Source: a virus. Taken from it: a stretch of 45,900 nucleotides of DNA. A model generated the notes under the pieces. It had not been told where the DNA came from, searched no databases, and saw only the letters and a list, made by a program, of their open reading frames with translations. The DNA lies in UHGV virus genome UHGV-1347344. One strand, 5' to 3'. Shown one piece after another: positions 45,603 to 45,900 of the stretch (positions are counted from its first letter, which is position 1; each line of letters opens with the position of its first letter). The position numbers and the translations under genes were made by a program.

Positions 45603-45900
45603 TTATGCAACACGAGCACAAAGCCCGGCGACCATGTAGTCTGTGGGTGCGTTCGGGATTACTGTGCCCCCTGCTACATTCGGATAGTATTTCGCAGCGC
45701 CTTTGCCGCCACTGGAGTTGAAGCAGATACACACGACATTATATGTACCACCGGACGGCACGGTGATTTGCGGACCCGAGAGATTGACGACCCATTGCAC
45801 GGCTGGAGCGGCTATCAGAGCTGACCCTGCGCTGTTTGCATAGTTTGCAGTATCAGCGTTCCCAGCAGTATCTGCTTTTCCGTGAACGGCCCTACCGTCG
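45603..45900 (-). CDS. tail fibre protein C-terminal part (ORF open to the window end; in frame with the fibre ORF at 1..962 if the sequence is circular)
   Basis: Minus-strand frame is open from 45900 to the stop at 45603 (DGRAVHGKADTAGNADTANYANSAGSALIAAPAVQWVVNLSGPQITVP…). Followed by tfa. Confidence 0.65.
   Translation of the reverse strand, partial: DGRAVHGKADTAGNADTANYANSAGSALIAAPAVQWVVNLSGPQITVPSGGTYNVVCICFNSSGGKGAAKYYPNVAGGTVIPNAPTDYMVAGLCARVA

Overview
The window reads as an essentially complete temperate phage genome of about 45.9 kb, high-GC (roughly 60%), with lambda-like layout and Mu/P2-like morphogenesis genes.

Minus strand, from high to low coordinates:
- 36045..32506: Cro-like HTH, O-like replication initiator with internal iterons, RusA, small HTH, Mor/C-family late activator.
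- 32442..26744: lysis cassette (M15 endolysin, holin, lipoprotein, XhlA-like), ParB-like nuclease, a low-GC sugar moron (glycosyltransferase plus UDP-xylose synthase), terS, terL.
- 25847..19913: DUF935 portal, Mu-F, scaffold/protease, decoration protein, major capsid.
- 14173..13385: BRO-N/KilAC antirepressor.
- 13310..1: head-tail connectors, sheath, tube, G/GT chaperone pair with a -1 frameshift, tape measure, baseplate (hub, V, W, J, I) and tail fibre.

Plus strand:
- 14.3-19.9 kb: a low-GC cargo island, including a five-gene cassette (small GNAT, 56-aa protein, minimal PARP-like ADP-ribosyltransferase with polyacidic tail, 463-aa orphan, RHH regulator) that has its own palindromic promoter and flanking terminators.
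- 25983..26729: a secreted endonuclease-I moron.
- 36.7-44.7 kb: the early operon, with PD-(D/E)XK exonuclease plus RecT, a small methyltransferase plus Lar-like anti-restriction pair, and a tyrosine integrase at the end.

The two window edges carry in-frame halves of one tail-fibre ORF, so the sequence is probably circular or circularly permuted, with attP between the tail-fibre assembly gene and int.

A conserved 18-bp element occurs four times, each at fixed spacing upstream of a -10-like hexamer and a late operon; it is best read as the set of late promoters for the Mor-like activator.

No tRNA, rRNA or CRISPR array was seen. All product calls are from reading motifs by eye; no database search was run.
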